Shown here: piece by piece, positions 60,559 through 64,000 of the stretch
Layout: every line of letters begins with the position of its first letter
How positions within the stretch are numbered: the stretch's first letter is position 1
Assembly (NCBI GenBank): GCA_943841885.1
Contig: CALSZZ010000004.1
Coordinates: forward strand, 133,894 to 197,893
Direction of reading: 5' to 3'
Source: Candidatus Thalassarchaeaceae archaeon
GTDB lineage: Archaea > Thermoplasmatota > Poseidoniia > Poseidoniales > Thalassarchaeaceae
Length of the DNA: 64,000 nucleotides
Notes under the pieces: model-generated
The model's database searches: none
What the model was told of the DNA's origin: nothing
The model's input: only the letters and a program-made list of their open reading frames with translations
Translations under genes and position numbers: made by a program

Positions 60559-61209
60559 CTACGGTTTAATATCGCTTATTTTACTCATTATTCTTGTAAT
60601 AACTGAATCACTAGATGGAATATTTATATTTTCAAGACACAAAACCATATCTAAACTTGGATCAATACCTCTAATCATTCCATTATATGTAACTAATATT
60701 GCCAAATGACCATCAACTAATCTTTTTTTACTCCATATTTTTCTAAGATTTTCAGTAGGCATCTCTCGTCCAGAGCGTAACAATTCTTCAATTGTTAGTA
60801 ATAACCCATCTATAGGCTCCTTTTTTCTAAGGCATGATCTAAATATTTTCCAAGGATTGGTTCTCATACTTACATGATCTAAATTAGCAATTAGTATAGC
60901 TGAAAGTGCTACATCTTCTCGGCCATGTCTTTTCCATAATTTTTCATTAAATTTCAATAAGAATTTATGATTACCATTGTTTTTTGTTATTAACCAAGAT
61001 GCCAATCTTCTAAGTAAACCATCAGGAGTACCCAGATGAAACGAATAACCAGCCGAAGAACCTAACCTATCGGTACTTGATTTCATTATGAGGGCCGGAA
61101 TTCCTATTGGATATGCCTCCCTTGTAATTTTTAATAATTTTTTTTCAGAAGTATGTACTGAATCTTCGCATTCTGCTAAAAATTCATCTAATACCACATA
61201 TTCTTTCAT
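60559..61209 (-). CDS. Hypothetical protein (possibly HEAT/AlkD-like helical)
   Basis: 216-aa ORF with an ATGA overlap to the upstream gene. Confidence 0.65.
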   Translation of the reverse strand: MKEYVVLDEFLAECEDSVHTSEKKLLKITREAYPIGIPALIMKSSTDRLGSSAGYSFHLGTPDGLLRRLASWLITKNNGNHKFLLKFNEKLWKRHGREDVALSAILIANLDHVSMRTNPWKIFRSCLRKKEPIDGLLLTIEELLRSGREMPTENLRKIWSKKRLVDGHLAILVTYNGMIRGIDPSLDMVLCLENINIPSSDSVITRIMSKISDIKP

Positions 61210-61685
61210 TTACGATCCTCATTTTTAACAAGAATATTATCAAAAATATCTCTCATACGATCAATGGAGTCATATAATCTAATTCTAACTTCATCTTTTA
61301 GGGTTCTGTGAATGACTTCCTCTAATTGTCTATCCATACTTCGAGCAATCGCTCTGTGTTCCGAATCATCTATTTGAAATATTTTTCTAAGATATGCAAT
61401 TTGTAAGAGTTCATCATCTGATCGATCGGTATGAATTAACATTGCCTCTAACACTTGCCCATAAATCCGCCGCTGTTCTTCTTCAGTAATTATTTTTCCA
61501 GGCTCTAGGCTGCTATTTTGAATAATCGAGTCATAAATCATTTTTGGCTCATTATCATCTAATTTTAACGAATGAGCTAATTTTATCAATAAACGTTTTT
61601 CTCCATTACTCATTTGACCATCTTTTAATGCTAGAGAAGTGGCTCCACGAAATACACTTCGTCTATCAAAACCAATTTCCTCCAT
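61206..61685 (-). CDS. TerB-like protein
   Basis: ALKDGQMSNGEKRLLIKLAHSLKL and a second SDDELLQIAYLRKIFQI motif. Confidence 0.7.
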   Translation of the reverse strand: MEEIGFDRRSVFRGATSLALKDGQMSNGEKRLLIKLAHSLKLDDNEPKMIYDSIIQNSSLEPGKIITEEEQRRIYGQVLEAMLIHTDRSDDELLQIAYLRKIFQIDDSEHRAIARSMDRQLEEVIHRTLKDEVRIRLYDSIDRMRDIFDNILVKNEDRK

Positions 61686-61797
61686 GCCTTTCGATGTAAG
61701 CAAGTGAATATAATTCCTCGCTAAAAATAATTTTTCTTGATTGTCTAAAAATTATTTTTAATAGGAGGATTCATCAACTAGTAACTGCTGGGATAAT

Positions 61798-61909
61798 ATG
61801 CTGACAAGTCACACTCGAGGATGCTCTGCGTCTATTCAACCAACTGCCATTTAGGCAAATCCGGAAAGAGTTTCTGGTGTGTGGATTTAAAAAATGGAGA
61901 GAAAATAAT
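61798..61909 (+). promoter_or_regulatory. Candidate structured 5' leader (multi-stem junction plus 18-codon uORF) of dnaG
   Basis: Stems CACAC/GTGTG, GGATGC/GCGTCT, TGCC/GGCA and CCGGAAA/TTTCTGG. TTCATCA box at 61770. Confidence 0.45.
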
Positions 61910-63076
61910 ATGTCAAAAGAAGGAAAATATATCATACACGCATCAATTCGTACAGACGGAACAGTAGCAAGAAAAGACGTCATAGGGGCTATTTTTGGCC
62001 AAACAGAAGGCCTCCTAGGGGATCAATTACAATTGAGAAAATTACAAAGAACTGGAAGAATAGGACACGTTGATGTGGTACTACATCAAAATAAAGGACA
62101 AGTACAAGGAGAGATTCTAGTAACATCATCTTTAGATCAAGTTAGTACTGCAGTAATTGGAGCTGCATTGGAAACAATAGAACGAATTGGTCCTTGTAAA
62201 TCTTCAATAAAAGTAAAACAAATAGAAAATATACGTACGGCAAAGAGAGAACATGTAATCGATAGAGCCAAACAGTTACTCGTTAATTTAGTAAATTCTG
62301 GCACAGATGAATCAAAGAATATTCTTGATGAAGTAAGATCTGTTTTAACATTAAATACTGAGATAGAACTTTCTGGTATGACCGCAGGACCAAATGTCAA
62401 AAATAGTGAAGCGATAATTATTGTTGAAGGAAGAAACGATGTTAGAAATTTATTGAAATATGGAATAAAGAACGCTATTGCAACCATGGGTTCTGGTATT
62501 GATTCCGAACTTGTAGCATTGGCCAAAACAAAGAAAGTAGTTACAGCGTTCTTAGATGGAGATAGAGGCGGTAAACTATTACTGTTAGAATTAAGTGGTA
62601 AGTTAGGCAAAACACTTACTCATGTATCTATAGCCCCTCAAAGTAGAGAAGTAGAACATCTAGAAGGTAAAGTAATTACAAAATGCCTCAATCAAAAAGA
62701 AGTATCCTCAAAAGCAGTTGCTAGAATTCAGGTTGAAATACAAAAAGATGATGATGAAACGGTGGGTACCGGCACAGAATTATTGGAAGTACCAGAACAT
62801 GTAAAAGAATGGGCCACACATCTTGAAGGTTTACCACGAAATAAAGCAATTATTATTCATGAAGATGGTACGGCTTCAGAACCAATTGGTGCTAGTAATT
62901 TGAAAGAATCATTAGAAGAAACACAGGGGGCTCAAGGACTTGTTTTTGCTGGAAAAATTAATGATAAAATATTTGATTATGCTTCTGGTGCAGGTATAGA
63001 AAATGTACTTGGCAATTCTAGGGGAAACACTTCTCGCAAGCAGGATGTTCAAGCCTTTTCACCAAAAGATTTTTGA
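61910..63076 (+). CDS. dnaG: Archaeal DnaG (TOPRIM, exosome-associated)
   Basis: DVIGAIFGQTEGLLG, GRIG, IVEGRNDV and DGDRGG. Confidence 0.95.
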   Translation: MSKEGKYIIHASIRTDGTVARKDVIGAIFGQTEGLLGDQLQLRKLQRTGRIGHVDVVLHQNKGQVQGEILVTSSLDQVSTAVIGAALETIERIGPCKSSIKVKQIENIRTAKREHVIDRAKQLLVNLVNSGTDESKNILDEVRSVLTLNTEIELSGMTAGPNVKNSEAIIIVEGRNDVRNLLKYGIKNAIATMGSGIDSELVALAKTKKVVTAFLDGDRGGKLLLLELSGKLGKTLTHVSIAPQSREVEHLEGKVITKCLNQKEVSSKAVARIQVEIQKDDDETVGTGTELLEVPEHVKEWATHLEGLPRNKAIIIHEDGTASEPIGASNLKESLEETQGAQGLVFAGKINDKIFDYASGAGIENVLGNSRGNTSRKQDVQAFSPKDF

Positions 63077-63200
63077 TTTTATTTTAGTATCTTACCCATG
63101 AATAATAATATCCTGATTATTTTTAATTACTATTATAATTGCTATCCACTGCTTGTAATTAGTAGAAGCCATCAAAAGTCTTGTATGTCCGCTAGGGCTG

Positions 63201-64000
63201 ATGGAATCTTCTACAATGACTTTGGGAACAGTCTATGGAATACTTATCATCGCATTTACTACTCTTTGGCTAAAACATAATAGTATGTTGAGAAAGAGTA
63301 AAAAATTTCATACGAGACTTGGATCTTTACAAGGAAGTCTGAATGATAAAGCAACTTCTCTGGATTTATTGTCTAGAGGAGTTAGTACCATCCTTTCTGA
63401 CTCTCCAAAAGTACATGATTTGTTAAATGTACATCATTCATTAGAAAATGCTGAAAATTTATTATTAAATCAAGGATTCGCAATAAGCTCTAGCGAATCA
63501 TGTGCTATAGCTACTCATGCTACACGATCCATATTGGTTCACTACTCTGGACTTACTTATGATGAATATGATGAAATTACACCAGGACTCTTACCATTAA
63601 CGAAAAGATTAGATGTAATACTGACTCAATCAGAAATGAAAGCAGAAGATATTGAATTGAATGGGAATGAATATCGAAGAATAGGCGAATTGTTTCATGC
63701 AATTGGAAAAATAGATAGAGCTGCAGATTGTTACAAAATGGCACATGAGTTAGAACCTGAGGACCCCAAATCACTCTTGTCATTAGCAGATATTCAGAGA
63801 CATAAAGGCGATTTAGAATCCCTTGATATCACTTTGGAGAGGTTATTGGCAATTAATCCAGATAATATGCAGGTTCTTCAAGAGCAGATACTACTAGTTA
63901 TGGATTCAGATTCTGACCGTGTTTCTAGAAATAAGAAAAGATTAGAAGGATTGGGTGTAGATACAAAAAATATAGGACATAATGTGTCAGAACTTTCTGA
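63201..64000 (+). CDS. Membrane-anchored TPR protein, partial (runs off the window)
   Basis: Not in the ORF track. Manual translation gives MESSTMTLGTVYGILIIAFTTLWLK...YRRIGELFHAIGKIDRAADCYKMAHELEPED...LERLLAINPDN. Confidence 0.8.
   Translation, partial: MESSTMTLGTVYGILIIAFTTLWLKHNSMLRKSKKFHTRLGSLQGSLNDKATSLDLLSRGVSTILSDSPKVHDLLNVHHSLENAENLLLNQGFAISSSESCAIATHATRSILVHYSGLTYDEYDEITPGLLPLTKRLDVILTQSEMKAEDIELNGNEYRRIGELFHAIGKIDRAADCYKMAHELEPEDPKSLLSLADIQRHKGDLESLDITLERLLAINPDNMQVLQEQILLVMDSDSDRVSRNKKRLEGLGVDTKNIGHNVSELS

Noticed and set aside
63098..63280. 60-aa ORF after dnaG
   Set aside because: Low-complexity AT-rich start; it overlaps the better-supported TPR gene beginning at 63201 in another frame.
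1..64000. CRISPR array, integrase/transposase, prophage, rRNA or recognisable defence system
   Set aside because: I saw no regularly spaced repeats, recombinase motifs, viral hallmark genes or rRNA-like tracts, and no duplicated tRNA 3' end (att site).

Overview
This is a gene-dense, AT-rich chromosomal segment from an archaeon. The GGGP synthase, eL20/LX-prefoldin-FtsY, Rpo12, Dph5, thermosome-like chaperonin and archaeal DnaG genes are archaeal. Many bacterial-type metabolic genes, lipobox-bearing secreted hydrolases and a PGF-CTERM signal point to Marine Group II Euryarchaeota (Ca. Poseidoniales); this assignment is inferred. About 65 CDSs and two tRNAs (Asp-GTC, Leu-GAG) are present. I found no rRNA, CRISPR array, integrase or transposase. 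Most content is housekeeping: purine and pyrimidine synthesis and salvage, lipids, Moco and translation. There is also a surface/exoenzyme cluster at about 25.5-39.4 kb. The most interesting signals: (i) a recurring non-canonical TATA-like box, TT[C/G]A[A/T], about 30 nt before apparently leaderless starts; (ii) a structured, uORF-containing leader of about 110 nt before dnaG; (iii) a bacterial cysQ-cysD-cysNC PAPS module inside the conserved rplX-pfdA-ftsY run; (iv) a homopolymer frameshift that removes the membrane anchor of a surface protein; (v) a collapsed signal-peptide/PGF-CTERM gene beside tRNA-Leu; (vi) a 1004-aa surface protein with three hidden repeats; (vii) several degenerate pseudo-enzyme or pseudo-receiver proteins. 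All calls come from motif recognition by eye; no searches or folding programs were run.
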